NCBI GenBank assembly: GCA_048538215.1
Contig: JBLYPV010000001.1
Location: forward strand, 254,196-318,195
DNA from: Patescibacteria group bacterium
Lineage (GTDB): Bacteria; Patescibacteriota; Minisyncoccia; Phycocordibacterales; GCA-2747955
Direction of reading: 5' to 3'
Length of the DNA stretch: 64,000 bases
Each line of letters starts with the position of its first letter. Position 1 is the stretch's first letter. The notes beneath the pieces are model-generated. The model was not told the DNA's origin, did no database searches, and saw only the letters and a list, made by a program, of their open reading frames with translations. A program made the translations under genes and the position numbers. Of this stretch, positions 17,660 to 28,305 are shown piece by piece.

Positions 17660-18853
17660 CTATCTGACACGGCAGGAGCTTGTAAATTCTTTGATTAATC
17701 TATCCGTTGCGTCTTGCGTTTGGTAGCTAATAATCATATACCCTACATTTGTACGATAGAGCATAAGCACTCGTTCGATAGGAGAATTCCCATAATGGCT
17801 TGCCAATACTGTCGCCTGCCAATGATTTCCATACTCATCAGTATACGCTTTCTGATCTTGTATGACCCAGCTACGGAGGTAATCATCTCCTAAATCGGTA
17901 GGAGGTGCTCCTCGATTAAATTGCTTTATAATTTTTAGTATCGCTCTTTGATAGCTTGGCTCTACTTCACCCTCAATTAAAACATCCAGCCTATCTTGAC
18001 CTTCTTGATATTTCCACACCCAGAGATCACGCCCTTCATACTCATATGTAAGGATTGTATCCATATCTATAGGCGAAGGAAGAAAAAGCGCCCGCTTGTG
18101 ATTATAAAGCATCTTATTGGCATAAATGTGCTCGGCTATCTCTGTGCCCACATACCGCCAGTGCCATGGCTCGTATTGATATTGGGTAATGTCTTGTGCT
18201 CCATCAGGATATGAAAGCACAAAGCCATACTTGTATGCATTTTCTGCAAGCCATTCGTAGCCAGAAGCAGTGGCGCTTGGATAGCTAGAAATATCTATCG
18301 CCGTACCCAGCTGATGCTCACTCAAGCCAGGCAAGGCTGCACGCTCTCCCTGCTCATCCACTCCCGCATTATCCGCAAAACGCTCATACATTGCTTGTTG
18401 CTCTACTGATGATCGATAAGCTGAATTGACTCGGAGGTAGTGCCCTGCCTCGCGCCCTGATCGTATCAAGGCAATCAATGGCTCTTTCACCACCGCCCGT
18501 ACTTGTAGCACCCCTTGCTTGGGATGTGTATATTGATAGCCAAGTGAAACTAAATCACTCGGCACATAATTAGCCCGCAGTGGCGGACGATTATTATTTA
18601 TCTTTTGCAATAATGCATCATCACTAAATTGCTCAACATCACAAGAAAAATGAGCATAATTTTGTGCTCGCTCGAGAGCGTTCCAGCCCTCTAATCTTTG
18701 CTCAAATTGAGCACGTAGATAGGGAGTATAGCCATACTCCATATACAAGACCCAGAATGAAGCTACCGCTACTGCTCCCACAAGAGCTAACCAAAAATAC
18801 CATCCAAAAAATGCTTCCTTGCTATTTGTGTACTGCTTGTAATTATTGTCCAT
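17660..18853 (-). CDS. M15B D-alanyl-D-alanine carboxypeptidase (VanY-like), membrane anchored
   Basis: SAYRS, A.PG.SEHQLGTAID, YEPWHWRYVG. Confidence 0.92.
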   Translation of the reverse strand: MDNNYKQYTNSKEAFFGWYFWLALVGAVAVASFWVLYMEYGYTPYLRAQFEQRLEGWNALERAQNYAHFSCDVEQFSDDALLQKINNNRPPLRANYVPSDLVSLGYQYTHPKQGVLQVRAVVKEPLIALIRSGREAGHYLRVNSAYRSSVEQQAMYERFADNAGVDEQGERAALPGLSEHQLGTAIDISSYPSATASGYEWLAENAYKYGFVLSYPDGAQDITQYQYEPWHWRYVGTEIAEHIYANKMLYNHKRALFLPSPIDMDTILTYEYEGRDLWVWKYQEGQDRLDVLIEGEVEPSYQRAILKIIKQFNRGAPPTDLGDDYLRSWVIQDQKAYTDEYGNHWQATVLASHYGNSPIERVLMLYRTNVGYMIISYQTQDATDRLIKEFTSSCRVR

Positions 18854-18912
18854 ATCTTAGCACAATAGTATCACAGCGCTGGCTACTCTTGAATAATAAT
18901 TCTCCTCGAACC

Positions 18913-19461
18913 CTACTCATTTCCCTCAGACACATCCTCCATATGTTCTCCCATAATTTGAGCCACCTGTGTACTCACACTATCATAATCAGGAAGCTCC
19001 AACTGAGTGCTAATCCCCAATAGCTTGAGAGTATCTGCCGTAGGCTCGTATATGACCTGATTTTCTAAATTACGCCGAGCTACCAACCCTCGTACGAGCA
19101 AATTACGAATTGAGTACATACTATTTACCCCGCGAATCGTATCTATTTCTGCTCTTGTAATTGGTGCTCTATATGCAATGACTGCGAGTGTCTCGAGTGC
19201 TGTCTTGGAAAGAGGAGCTTCTTTTTCTACCTTGCGTACTGAATCGATAAGCTTGCTCGTATCTGGGTGAGTGCCTAAGCTAATAGTAGTGGGTGTTTCT
19301 ACCAGCACAATCCCGCTCTCTCTCCGCATCCTACCAAGCTCCCCTACTGCCTCTTCAAGCTCTTCTAAACTTATTCCCACCAATTCTGCCACACGCTTTT
19401 TTCTGACCTCTTCATTGAGATAAAATAGGAGTGCCTCTATCTTTTGTAGCGTTGTGCTCAT
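18913..19461 (-). CDS. scpB: SMC-Scp complex subunit ScpB
   Basis: IEALLF, LSKTALETLAVIAYRAPITRAEID.IRGVNS. Confidence 0.93.
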   Translation of the reverse strand: MSTTLQKIEALLFYLNEEVRKKRVAELVGISLEELEEAVGELGRMRRESGIVLVETPTTISLGTHPDTSKLIDSVRKVEKEAPLSKTALETLAVIAYRAPITRAEIDTIRGVNSMYSIRNLLVRGLVARRNLENQVIYEPTADTLKLLGISTQLELPDYDSVSTQVAQIMGEHMEDVSEGNE

Positions 19462-19521
19462 GCCAATTATTGTACCATCCATTTGCAAAAGTCGATGCCT
19501 GTGGATATAATAGCCTCCATT

Positions 19522-19647
19522 ATGGCAAAACGAATTACTGGAGTAGGTAAAAATAAAGCTAACCGATCAAAAAAGACAGCCAAGCGCTTGGCTATCAAAA
19601 AAGATATGCTCGAAGCAAAGGCTCTCAAGCGGGGTAAAAAGAAATAA
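19522..19647 (+). CDS. small Lys/Arg-rich protein (41 aa)
   Basis: MAKRITGVGKNKANRSKKTAKRLAIKKDMLEAKALKRGKKK*; TATAAT upstream, bidirectional terminator downstream. Confidence 0.6.
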   Translation: MAKRITGVGKNKANRSKKTAKRLAIKKDMLEAKALKRGKKK

Positions 19648-19682
19648 TATTATAAAAAAGAGAAGCCTCGGGCTTCTCTTTT

Positions 19683-20006
19683 TTATTTTGTATATATGGG
19701 AGTGTATGACTGACAGATATAGAGATCCGCATCCGCTGAATACTCACAATTCCATCCACAAGCATAGCCATCCCCTTCTCTGTCCTCTAGATAAAGCTTG
19801 CTCCTACCCCAATCACGACATCCAGCCCGAAAAGCAAATACCTCAGCGCTTTGTTCAAAAATAGTAGGATCATCTGCATAGCGAAAATAATAGCCCACCG
19901 TGTCTTGTTTCATAATAAAGAGCCAAAGATAAAAAACAGCAAAAAATAGAGCTATATATACCAACAAAGCTTTTGGGCTAATGGTAGAGCCTCCTGAATC
20001 ACTCAT
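19683..20006 (-). CDS. hypothetical membrane-anchored Cys-containing protein
   Basis: TM helix followed by a 'C..WG...Y.CG.NC......C' domain. Confidence 0.65.
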   Translation of the reverse strand: MSDSGGSTISPKALLVYIALFFAVFYLWLFIMKQDTVGYYFRYADDPTIFEQSAEVFAFRAGCRDWGRSKLYLEDREGDGYACGWNCEYSADADLYICQSYTPIYTK

Positions 20007-20148
20007 TGCTCTATTATATCCTGCCCCGGGTAGCCCACCAAGGGCCCCTTCCCCATTTTGCACATTGCGGCTTTCATTCTATTTTGGTAGAATCCTTGCA
20101 CTTGTAGCATATATTATATGGTGCAAGTGTGTCATTTTGACAAAATAT

Positions 20149-20220
20149 TCCGGCGTAGCTCAGTGGTAGAGCACTCGACTGTTAATCGAATGGTCGCAGG
20201 TTCGAATCCTGCCGCCGGAG
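20149..20220 (+). tRNA. tRNA-Asn(GTT)
   Basis: TCCGGCG..CGCCGGA-G, anticodon loop CTGTTAA. Confidence 0.95.
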
Positions 20221-20289
20221 CAAGAAAAATCCCGCAAGGGATTTTTTAATTGCAAAGACGGCAGGCTTCGAACCTTGGAAATATATAAT

Positions 20290-20613
20290 TTATTCTATCC
20301 CGTCAAGGAGGATGTTATTTTCTTCGCTGTATTTTACGACCAGTTGGGTAATAGTTTGGTTGTCGCCATAGAGTCGCACTTCTTGCAGAGAGATGTTGTC
20401 TCGGATACGCAATAGTACACATGAACCTTGATCGAGTAATTTAATACGCTTAGAGCCCTTGAGGTTACTCAGGTTGGTTTTAATTATGCCGGCTGATATT
20501 TTGTTTATCCCATCTGTGGTTTCCAAAAAGCTTACCAGGTTGTTGGCCATTTCGGTATACGAAGAGTGGCTCGAGGCAAATTTTTTGCCACTTTTGCTAA
20601 TACGATTTGCCAT
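20290..20613 (-). CDS. DUF2103-like protein
   Basis: Pattern 'SSHSS', 'I.KISAGII', 'LQEVRL'. Confidence 0.55.
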   Translation of the reverse strand: MANRISKSGKKFASSHSSYTEMANNLVSFLETTDGINKISAGIIKTNLSNLKGSKRIKLLDQGSCVLLRIRDNISLQEVRLYGDNQTITQLVVKYSEENNILLDGIE

Positions 20614-20696
20614 AAGAATATATTGTACCAGGTAAAAAGCACGAGCTCGACCCTTGAGGGTCGAGCTCGTGCTTTTTCTTATCCATCAAAGATATA

Positions 20697-21413
20697 TTAG
20701 ATATTGACTTGAATATCTGCACTTTCTCGCAAAGTAGCAAGATGATCAGCCACCAATTGGGCCTCTTTTTCACTTCGAAGCTGAAGCACTATTTGATCTC
20801 GCACCTCATCGAAAGCAGGTGTATCTTCCTCCTGCTCAGCTTGGAGTAGATCATAGAATGATTGAATCTCCTCATCACTTACCGTGATGCTTGATAGATC
20901 AAGCTTATTCTCGAGATATGCTTGTATCAACAATTGCATACGCAAATCCTCACGAATTTGCTCCTGAGTAATATTTGCCTTATCAAGCTGATCTTGTAAT
21001 TGATCCGCTCCTCCAGCTCCTTGTACCAAAACGGCATACTGCTCATCCAAAGCAGAGCTATCTACCTCTACTCCCTCCGCTTGAGCGGCCTGAAGCAAGA
21101 GTGCTTGATTGACCAAAAGATTAAGCGCCTGATTGCTAATCGCAAGCTGAATCTCGGGTGAGCTAATGTCTACCTCTTGAGAGCTCTGCTGTACGGCAAT
21201 CTGCTCACCAAGGGTAATAAAGCTTTGCTTATCTATCTCTTCTCCATTCACCGTGGCCACTACTTCGGGCAATTGATCTCGTAGGGCTTGGGTAGCATCA
21301 TCTGTGGCAGATTGATCTTTTGTAAATGAGCCACTTCCCATTACGTACCAAACGAGCACGGCACCGATAATAATAATACTAATTGCTAATACGGTAATTC
21401 CTGTTTTTTGCAT
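20697..21413 (-). CDS. SurA N-terminal domain chaperone, membrane anchored
   Basis: VVATVNGEEI, LLLQAA..EGV, VSDEEI..FYD, LRESADI. Confidence 0.85.
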   Translation of the reverse strand: MQKTGITVLAISIIIIGAVLVWYVMGSGSFTKDQSATDDATQALRDQLPEVVATVNGEEIDKQSFITLGEQIAVQQSSQEVDISSPEIQLAISNQALNLLVNQALLLQAAQAEGVEVDSSALDEQYAVLVQGAGGADQLQDQLDKANITQEQIREDLRMQLLIQAYLENKLDLSSITVSDEEIQSFYDLLQAEQEEDTPAFDEVRDQIVLQLRSEKEAQLVADHLATLRESADIQVNI

Positions 21414-21465
21414 AGTCTTTATTCTAGCATAGACTAGTAGAGAGCAAAATTAGATATTCACCTTT

Positions 21466-23286
21466 CTAGTAGAGCACTGCTCCTTGTAAATAATCAATTT
21501 TGATCTTATCCCCTGAGCGCTCACCGCTAATTCCTGAAAGTGTAAAGAAATATGGCTCTCCTTGATAGGTGACGGTAAAATACAGATCTTCGGCTGAGCT
21601 ATTCCCACGCTTTGAATCGAGCCCCTCCCCTTTTGCTTCTAATAGAGAGAGCACTGTCTCGATAATTGGTATGCGATGCACTGTATCACTGTCTATTTCT
21701 TCAATCACCACTTCCCCTGTATCAATATCATACCAAGCAGCCCGCATATCATACACATCCCGCACAGCATTAAAGCTATAGAAATGCTCATACTTGCTAA
21801 CATCAAGATACTCTAAATAATTATCTGTATAGATGGAGAGATATCTGTCTTCATAAGGAAACATAGGTATGTAGCTTGGCAAATTCATTTCTTCGAGAAT
21901 GAGATAGGATTGTAGCTTATCGTGCTCGCTCACAATGGCATCAAGAAATTCACCAGGAAGTATTGCCCGCAAGCTATTACAGCCATGGTATTCACATAAG
22001 TAATCGATAGCTGAGATAATATCTCTCATTTCTTCTTGTGAAAGTGCTTCAAGCTCCGCTGATGACAATCCTCGCATCTCACCCTCCTCGTTAAGAATAT
22101 CTACTCCTATGAGCATAGCCTCTAGGCGATGTAGCTGTGATTGCTCAGGCACATTATACATACTCCAAGGGCCAATAATGGCGATAAGGATGGTCGCCAC
22201 CAAGGTAGTAGGAATAATTACGAGCCGTGGCACATGGTGGTAGCGATACATATGGTAGAGCGACATCAAGGCAAGCCATAATCCCAAAAGGACGACAAGA
22301 TAGCGATTGATTGTCCATCCATATTCTTCGATTCTCAAGCCAATCGAATAAAAGAGCATTGCTATCTGGGGCACTAGCAGAATAGGGATCAATCGCCGTG
22401 TATGTGCAATCCACGATTCATTTTCCAAGTGATAAGAAAAGAGATAAACAAGATAGCTAAAGAAAGAAAAATAAATTACCAAGATGGCCACCTCGCCTTG
22501 AGGCCAATTAGAAAAATTGATTAAGACTTTAAAAGTATAGAGATAGAGAATGACAAAATAAATATAAATAAAGGGCACTGCGATATACCTAATCAATAGA
22601 TGGACGAATCGTTCTCCAATTACTAAATCGTCCTTCATTTCTGTAGGGAGCATTGATAGAAAGTAGAGAGGTCCTCCTATCACCCCAGCAAGTACAAACC
22701 ACTGGAGATAGAATTCACTAGCAAACCAAGCAGGATCAAACAAGCTTTCCACTGTCCAAAGTAGCAGAGCGCCCAATAAGATCAATACAATAGCAATCAA
22801 TAGTGCCTGTATTGCATACAAGGCAGTATTAAAGCTAAAGCTATACCAATGTGTGTCGGTATACTTACCACGATACCATTCGGCCCAGCTCGGGCTAGAG
22901 AGAAGTGCGAGCCCCAGCATAGTGTGGAGCGCTATATGTATCGCATAAAATTCAAACGCCATATCGGCCAAATCTGCTGGGAAGCTCAATACATATAAAG
23001 CAATAGCAATGAGGGTGAGAGCAAGTGCTCGCGTGCGAGCACCTGTTTTTACCCCTAAAGTCTCTACCCCTAATTGCACCCCTACCGATAGCCATATAGC
23101 AAATAGTGATGAAAATACGATTCGAATAAGTGTTGAATCACTAAAAATATCACTAGAGTGTATTTCTAATAATAAAGAAATGGCAAGTACGGACAAAGCA
23201 ATACAGGTAATAGGAAATCTCACCAAGCTCTTTTGTAATTGGCTAGTAATCACTCGCACATTGATTCTATCTAGTATTCGTTTCAT
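21466..23286 (-). CDS. DUF4153 multi-pass membrane protein
   Basis: RFP at N-terminus, ILYLY..K, RI.EYGWT.NRY, GPWS...V...SQ..RL. Confidence 0.85.
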   Translation of the reverse strand: MKRILDRINVRVITSQLQKSLVRFPITCIALSVLAISLLLEIHSSDIFSDSTLIRIVFSSLFAIWLSVGVQLGVETLGVKTGARTRALALTLIAIALYVLSFPADLADMAFEFYAIHIALHTMLGLALLSSPSWAEWYRGKYTDTHWYSFSFNTALYAIQALLIAIVLILLGALLLWTVESLFDPAWFASEFYLQWFVLAGVIGGPLYFLSMLPTEMKDDLVIGERFVHLLIRYIAVPFIYIYFVILYLYTFKVLINFSNWPQGEVAILVIYFSFFSYLVYLFSYHLENESWIAHTRRLIPILLVPQIAMLFYSIGLRIEEYGWTINRYLVVLLGLWLALMSLYHMYRYHHVPRLVIIPTTLVATILIAIIGPWSMYNVPEQSQLHRLEAMLIGVDILNEEGEMRGLSSAELEALSQEEMRDIISAIDYLCEYHGCNSLRAILPGEFLDAIVSEHDKLQSYLILEEMNLPSYIPMFPYEDRYLSIYTDNYLEYLDVSKYEHFYSFNAVRDVYDMRAAWYDIDTGEVVIEEIDSDTVHRIPIIETVLSLLEAKGEGLDSKRGNSSAEDLYFTVTYQGEPYFFTLSGISGERSGDKIKIDYLQGAVLY

Positions 23287-23324
23287 AGCTATATGTTATC
23301 ACGAATAGCTTGAAGCGCTAGTGT

Positions 23325-23978
23325 TTAACTTGTTTTTTTGTAAATCCGGGTGAGATCCTTTCCACCAGACAAAGCACTTTGATATTCTTCAAGCTCAGCC
23401 CATTTGCCTTCTACAGCAAGCTCTGCTTGTTCAGGCCAGGTGGTAGGATCATGTATACGATACCTATCGCCAGCATTCCGTAATAGTGTCTTAATATCTT
23501 CTGCATCTGTATCAGCCAATTTTTGCCAGGTATCGATACCTCCATCTATCAAAAGCTGAGAAATTTTAGGCCCTATTCCCTCTACCATTTGTAAATCGTC
23601 TTTCTTGTATGGCATCATCTCTACTGGGCTTTGTGTAGCATCCATATACCGATTGCTCACTGTCTGCTCCTCGAATACTACCTGTGCTTTTTCTTTGCGC
23701 TTCTCCTTTTTTTCTTTCTTTTTCTCTTCCTTATCTTCCTCTTCTTCGTCTATTTCTTCTTCTACTTCTTGGGCTTGCTCATCTTTTTGATACTCAATAA
23801 GCATATCATCTACTTCTCTAAAGTATTCATCCATATAATCCTCTCCCCATTCAGGGCCGTGTACTATCAATTCATATACATAGCGAGCAAGCCAGCCAAG
23901 AATAAAAGCTCCCAAGAGGATGATAAGAATTTCTCCGGTAGCACTAGCTAATTCACCTGCTAAGACTGTAGTATTCAT
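23325..23978 (-). CDS. membrane-anchored helix-hairpin-helix (DUF4332-like) protein
   Basis: DDLQMVEGIGPKI..LL...GI.TW..LA, HDPTTWPEQA.LA..GKW. Confidence 0.8.
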   Translation of the reverse strand: MNTTVLAGELASATGEILIILLGAFILGWLARYVYELIVHGPEWGEDYMDEYFREVDDMLIEYQKDEQAQEVEEEIDEEEEDKEEKKKEKKEKRKEKAQVVFEEQTVSNRYMDATQSPVEMMPYKKDDLQMVEGIGPKISQLLIDGGIDTWQKLADTDAEDIKTLLRNAGDRYRIHDPTTWPEQAELAVEGKWAELEEYQSALSGGKDLTRIYKKTS

Positions 23979-24052
23979 AGTAAATGATTATATGATTATT
24001 TGCTAAATGATAAATATAATGGGCATTATTGCTCGCCCACCGTGTGGGCTTG

Positions 24053-24262
24053 TTAGCGAATACGTACATCCTCGCGCTCATCTACAGGGATGATGCTCGA
24101 TATATCACTTTTCGCTTCTTCTTGCCATCCTCCAATCCATGCAGATTGAAGCTTTATATCTTCACACAAATCTTTGATACTACAGGTATACCAGTACCAA
24201 GAGCCAGCCGTCCATAGAATACAGGCAGTGGCAAATGCAAGAATGAGATCGAATCGTTGCAT
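24053..24262 (-). CDS. small membrane protein
   Basis: Hydrophobic N-terminus, WYWYTC.IK.LC. Confidence 0.55.
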   Translation of the reverse strand: MQRFDLILAFATACILWTAGSWYWYTCSIKDLCEDIKLQSAWIGGWQEEAKSDISSIIPVDEREDVRIR

Positions 24263-24419
24263 ATCTTGTGCAAATTAATTATTAATGGTGCAATTATACT
24301 AACAAAACCCTAAAAAACAAGCATCGAAGCCAAATGGCTTCGATGCTTGTTTTTAAAACAGCCCATTATTCCTAGATAATCACCGCATTTGGTCTATTAT
24401 TGGCCCCTAGGTGAGTACC

Positions 24420-24827
24420 CTACCACCACTTAATCCGACACCAGATATTTTCAAACCAAGACCCTGTACTACAGCGAGCTTGAGCCTCCTCATAGCGCTT
24501 ATTAATTTGTGACACTGCCGAGGAAAGTGTTTGGTTCGTTTCTACGCTTACTTCTATATCTGAAGAAGTGGCTGTGCTTGTGCTTAAAATAGCGCTTTTC
24601 ATACCCTCTATGTCTAATTCCTTGCTATCTATGTTTTTTGTATTTACTGTATCGCTCGGTGTAGAAGTGCTCACAGTAATAACATCAAAATAGCTCCGTT
24701 GTGAATCAATATCAGTATTAATAATAATATCTACATCACTGGGAATAGTAGGAGCTACGATCCTCCCCACTTGGGCGTAGGTATAAATGGGCAAGGTGCA
24801 TATTATTATAAAGAAATAATATTTCAT
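24420..24827 (-). CDS. secreted Ser/Thr-rich hypothetical protein
   Basis: Signal-peptide-like N-terminus. Confidence 0.6.
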   Translation of the reverse strand: MKYYFFIIICTLPIYTYAQVGRIVAPTIPSDVDIIINTDIDSQRSYFDVITVSTSTPSDTVNTKNIDSKELDIEGMKSAILSTSTATSSDIEVSVETNQTLSSAVSQINKRYEEAQARCSTGSWFENIWCRIKWW

Positions 24828-24922
24828 ATAAGAAGTATAGCAAATTCGCTTGTATACTCAGATGAGCATTATAAACATTCTTGATGTATGTATTTTATGT
24901 CTGTACTTTGGATCACTAGGCA

Positions 24923-26320
24923 CTAATTCTCTAGTGTTTCAATATCGTGTCGGAATCGGCTAGCTCGATTCTGCACCGATTCACCATAGGTATTACGGAA
25001 ATTCCACCAGTTGCCTCCTGCATAGTATCGAGCGGCGGCACATTTCTCTCTCAATGACTCTTTGCTACGAATATGGCTATACTTTTCTGCATAATTTGCA
25101 CAACTCGATGAGTAATAGTGATTTCGCAAATAGGTGGCTGAAGCCACAAAAGCATCTCGATTCACAAATGGAGACATACGATCTGGATCAACTCCCAAAT
25201 ATCGAGCTGCCTGTGTGCGTACATCCATCCATGTATTAGGCATAAATTGTGCTGGCCCCATTGCTCCTCCATAGGCACCATCAGTAGGTATTGGACAAGA
25301 TACTTTTTGCTTATTTGGATCACGACCTAAATCAGACATAAGTGCCAAGAAATTATCTTGTTGGCTTTTTGCCATTACATCATTGCCATTACGCCCTCCG
25401 TGTGGATTGTATTGATTATAGGTACAAGCTCCAATATTCCCCCCAATCTCTCCTCCCCAGCCTGATTCCTGAAATAATACAGCAAGTACAAAAGCAGAAT
25501 CTACCCCTAGCGCAGATTCATATGGAGAAATAATGTCGTAAGCTTCACCAAAGCTTACCTTCTCGCCTGAAGCAGTGGTAAACAATCGAGCACGCAAAGC
25601 CCGCTTGGCAGCCTCTTTCTCTTCGATGAGCTTTTGGTAGGCTTTTTCTTGCTCTTTCGAGAGATCACGCAATACTTTCTGCTCGGCACGCTTCTTCTCA
25701 AGCCTTGTCTTTTCAAGCTCCTTTTGTAGTGCAAGCTCTCGCTGTCGAGATTGTTCTTCTGAAAGCTCTGCTTGCTCTTCCATTATTTGATCCTTTAGCT
25801 TATTGTAAGCATCAAAATCCGCTACAAGCTTGGTACGAATACTCTCATAATCATTAATACTTCCAAAAAAGCCGGAAAGTGTATCTTCTGAAAATACCGC
25901 CTCTACTACTGAGTAGCTATCAAGACGATCTTTCTGCCTAATGAGCTGAGCGATTGATTGTTGGATACGCTCTGCTTTAGACTCTACTTTTTGTATTTGC
26001 TCTTCTTGATCATTAATACGAGATTTAATTTTTCGAATTTCAAGATTGCGTGATTGGATGAAGGTCTCTGACTTTCTAATACTTTGCTCAGAGAGTGCTA
26101 GATCGCGCTCTCGTGATTGTGTTTGTGCTTTTGTCGCCTTGAGCCTCTCTTGCTCTTGTGCAATTTCTGCTTCACATTGCTCAAGAAGCTCATTGAGCTT
26201 CTCATCAGACATATTATCAAGCCCAGTAGAATCCAAACAAGCAGACTGAGAAAAGGCCACCTGTGTATTTAGGATTAGTGCAAACAGTATGAAAAAACTA
26301 TAGGTGCCGTATTTGTTCAT
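24923..26320 (-). CDS. coiled-coil lytic murein transglycosylase (SLT_2-like)
   Basis: Signal peptide, long coiled coil, AVL.QES, GGAMGPAQFMP.TW. Confidence 0.88.
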   Translation of the reverse strand: MNKYGTYSFFILFALILNTQVAFSQSACLDSTGLDNMSDEKLNELLEQCEAEIAQEQERLKATKAQTQSRERDLALSEQSIRKSETFIQSRNLEIRKIKSRINDQEEQIQKVESKAERIQQSIAQLIRQKDRLDSYSVVEAVFSEDTLSGFFGSINDYESIRTKLVADFDAYNKLKDQIMEEQAELSEEQSRQRELALQKELEKTRLEKKRAEQKVLRDLSKEQEKAYQKLIEEKEAAKRALRARLFTTASGEKVSFGEAYDIISPYESALGVDSAFVLAVLFQESGWGGEIGGNIGACTYNQYNPHGGRNGNDVMAKSQQDNFLALMSDLGRDPNKQKVSCPIPTDGAYGGAMGPAQFMPNTWMDVRTQAARYLGVDPDRMSPFVNRDAFVASATYLRNHYYSSSCANYAEKYSHIRSKESLREKCAAARYYAGGNWWNFRNTYGESVQNRASRFRHDIETLEN

Positions 26321-26398
26321 TACCCCACTATTGTATCACTTCAAAATATTCTCGTACCCCTCCTTATTAACAACTCAAGGTGCTAAGGTGCAATATTC

Positions 26399-27037
26399 CT
26401 ATTCTCCCTTGGCAGATTCCTCTGATTCTTCTCCTTCATCGCCGGCAAGCACCTCCGCTATATCTTCTGCTGAAGTATCCTCCTCTTCTACCTCCTCTTT
26501 TGCCTCAGATACTATTGCAATGGCTTCTTCTGGCTCACTTAAGATAGTCACTCCCTCTCCTGGATGTATATCTGCTACAGTAATTGCTTGTCCAAGCTCT
26601 GCAAGAAGTGAGAGATCAATTTCAATTTTTTCTGGTAGATTGCGTGGGCGACAACGCACAGGCAATTCATACATTACATAGGTGAGCACTCCCCCAGCTT
26701 GGGCTGCTTTTGATTGGCCCACAAATTCAAGTGGTACATCAATTTCAATTTCTTCTCCTCGCTTAATAGCATAAAAATCAATATGCAAAATATCTTCGGT
26801 AACAGGATGTCGTTGGATATCCTTGATAAGGACTTCGTGGGCACCTTCTCCAGCTACTTCTAAATCAATAATAGTAGAAGAACCAGCTTTGTGTAATAGT
26901 GATACTACTTCTCCGTAAGGAATCTGGATTGAGATGGGGTCGATATCAGGACCATAACAAATAGCTGGGACTAGCTTTTTGCTCCGCAGTGATTCAAGAC
27001 CCTCTTCTGTATTTCGCTTTGCAACTTCTAATTTCAT
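26399..27037 (-). CDS. rplY: 50S ribosomal protein L25/Ctc
   Basis: VPAICYG, VLIKDIQRHPV...ILHIDFY. Confidence 0.95.
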   Translation of the reverse strand: MKLEVAKRNTEEGLESLRSKKLVPAICYGPDIDPISIQIPYGEVVSLLHKAGSSTIIDLEVAGEGAHEVLIKDIQRHPVTEDILHIDFYAIKRGEEIEIDVPLEFVGQSKAAQAGGVLTYVMYELPVRCRPRNLPEKIEIDLSLLAELGQAITVADIHPGEGVTILSEPEEAIAIVSEAKEEVEEEDTSAEDIAEVLAGDEGEESEESAKGE

Positions 27038-27173
27038 AATGCCGAGTATTGTACCGTTTTTCCCACAAAACGCAATAAATAATTAACCTAGCACTATTGA
27101 GCGTAAGTAGCCTAAAGGAGCACTACTTTGTTTGTCTGGTATAATGGATACACTATCAGTAATTAAGATAATT

Positions 27174-28244
27174 ATGGCACAAGATAATGAATTTGATTTT
27201 ATTGGGATTGGTGATGTGGTGACAGATGCTTTTGTAGATTTAGACTCAGTGTCTATTTTTGACAGAGATGTTGTACTTCCTAATACAAGTGGTTCTGATT
27301 TGATGTGTATGGCTTATGGCGACAAAATACCTTTTAATTGGCATAAGGTGATTGCAGGCGTGGGTAATGCTGCCAATGCTTCAGTGGCTGCTACCCGACT
27401 TGGCTTGCGTACAGCTTATGTGTCTAACGTAGGAGATGATGAATATGGCAAAGGGCAGATTAAGGCGCTTGAAGATAATGGTGTAGATATGCGCTTTGTC
27501 TCTACTCACCCAGGAGAGCAATCAAATTATCATTATGTAATACTTCATAAAGCTGATCGTACTATTTTGGTCAAACATACTGAGTACGACTACGCTATGC
27601 CTGATATTGGCACTCCTCGTTGGATTTATCTCTCTTCATTGGCAGAAAATTCCCTTCCTCATCAATTAGAAATTGCCCAATATGTGCAGAGTCATCCAGG
27701 TATTGAAATGGCGTTTCAGCCAGGCACCTTCCAAATGAAGCTCGGGATTGAAAAACTCAAATCTGTATACGAAGCATCTACCCTATTCTTTTGTAATGTA
27801 GAAGAAGCCAAGCGCATCCTTTATGCTTATTTTGATGGATTAGAAAGTGAGGTGGAGAATATTGAAAAAGAAGATGGTCGTGCTCAGGCGGTGGTAACAT
27901 TACTGGAAAGAATGCATGAAGTGGGGCCGAAAATCCCTGTCATCACCGATGGGCCTCTTGGTGCTTACGCGCGTGATACCGATGGCGCGGTATACTACTG
28001 CCCTATGTATCCCGACCCAAAACCACCAATTGACCGTACTGGTGCTGGCGATAGCTTTTCTTCTACCTTTACTGCTATTTATGCCGAAAGTGGTAGTGTA
28101 AAAGAAGCTCTGCTGATTGGCCCTATCAATAGTATGAATGTGGTGCAATTTGTAGGAGCACAAGAGGGCTTGCAAGACCGAGCCACCATCGATGGACATC
28201 TTAAAAATGCACCCGATTACTATAAAATAAGTAAAATAAATTAG
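27174..28244 (+). CDS. PfkB family carbohydrate kinase
   Basis: GNAANASVA..RLGL, DRTGAGDSF. Confidence 0.9.
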   Translation: MAQDNEFDFIGIGDVVTDAFVDLDSVSIFDRDVVLPNTSGSDLMCMAYGDKIPFNWHKVIAGVGNAANASVAATRLGLRTAYVSNVGDDEYGKGQIKALEDNGVDMRFVSTHPGEQSNYHYVILHKADRTILVKHTEYDYAMPDIGTPRWIYLSSLAENSLPHQLEIAQYVQSHPGIEMAFQPGTFQMKLGIEKLKSVYEASTLFFCNVEEAKRILYAYFDGLESEVENIEKEDGRAQAVVTLLERMHEVGPKIPVITDGPLGAYARDTDGAVYYCPMYPDPKPPIDRTGAGDSFSSTFTAIYAESGSVKEALLIGPINSMNVVQFVGAQEGLQDRATIDGHLKNAPDYYKISKIN

Positions 28245-28305
28245 ATTATTTGCAAAGAAGAGCCGGCGCGTAAGCGCCGGCTTTTTCAAAATATACTCCC
28301 AAAAT

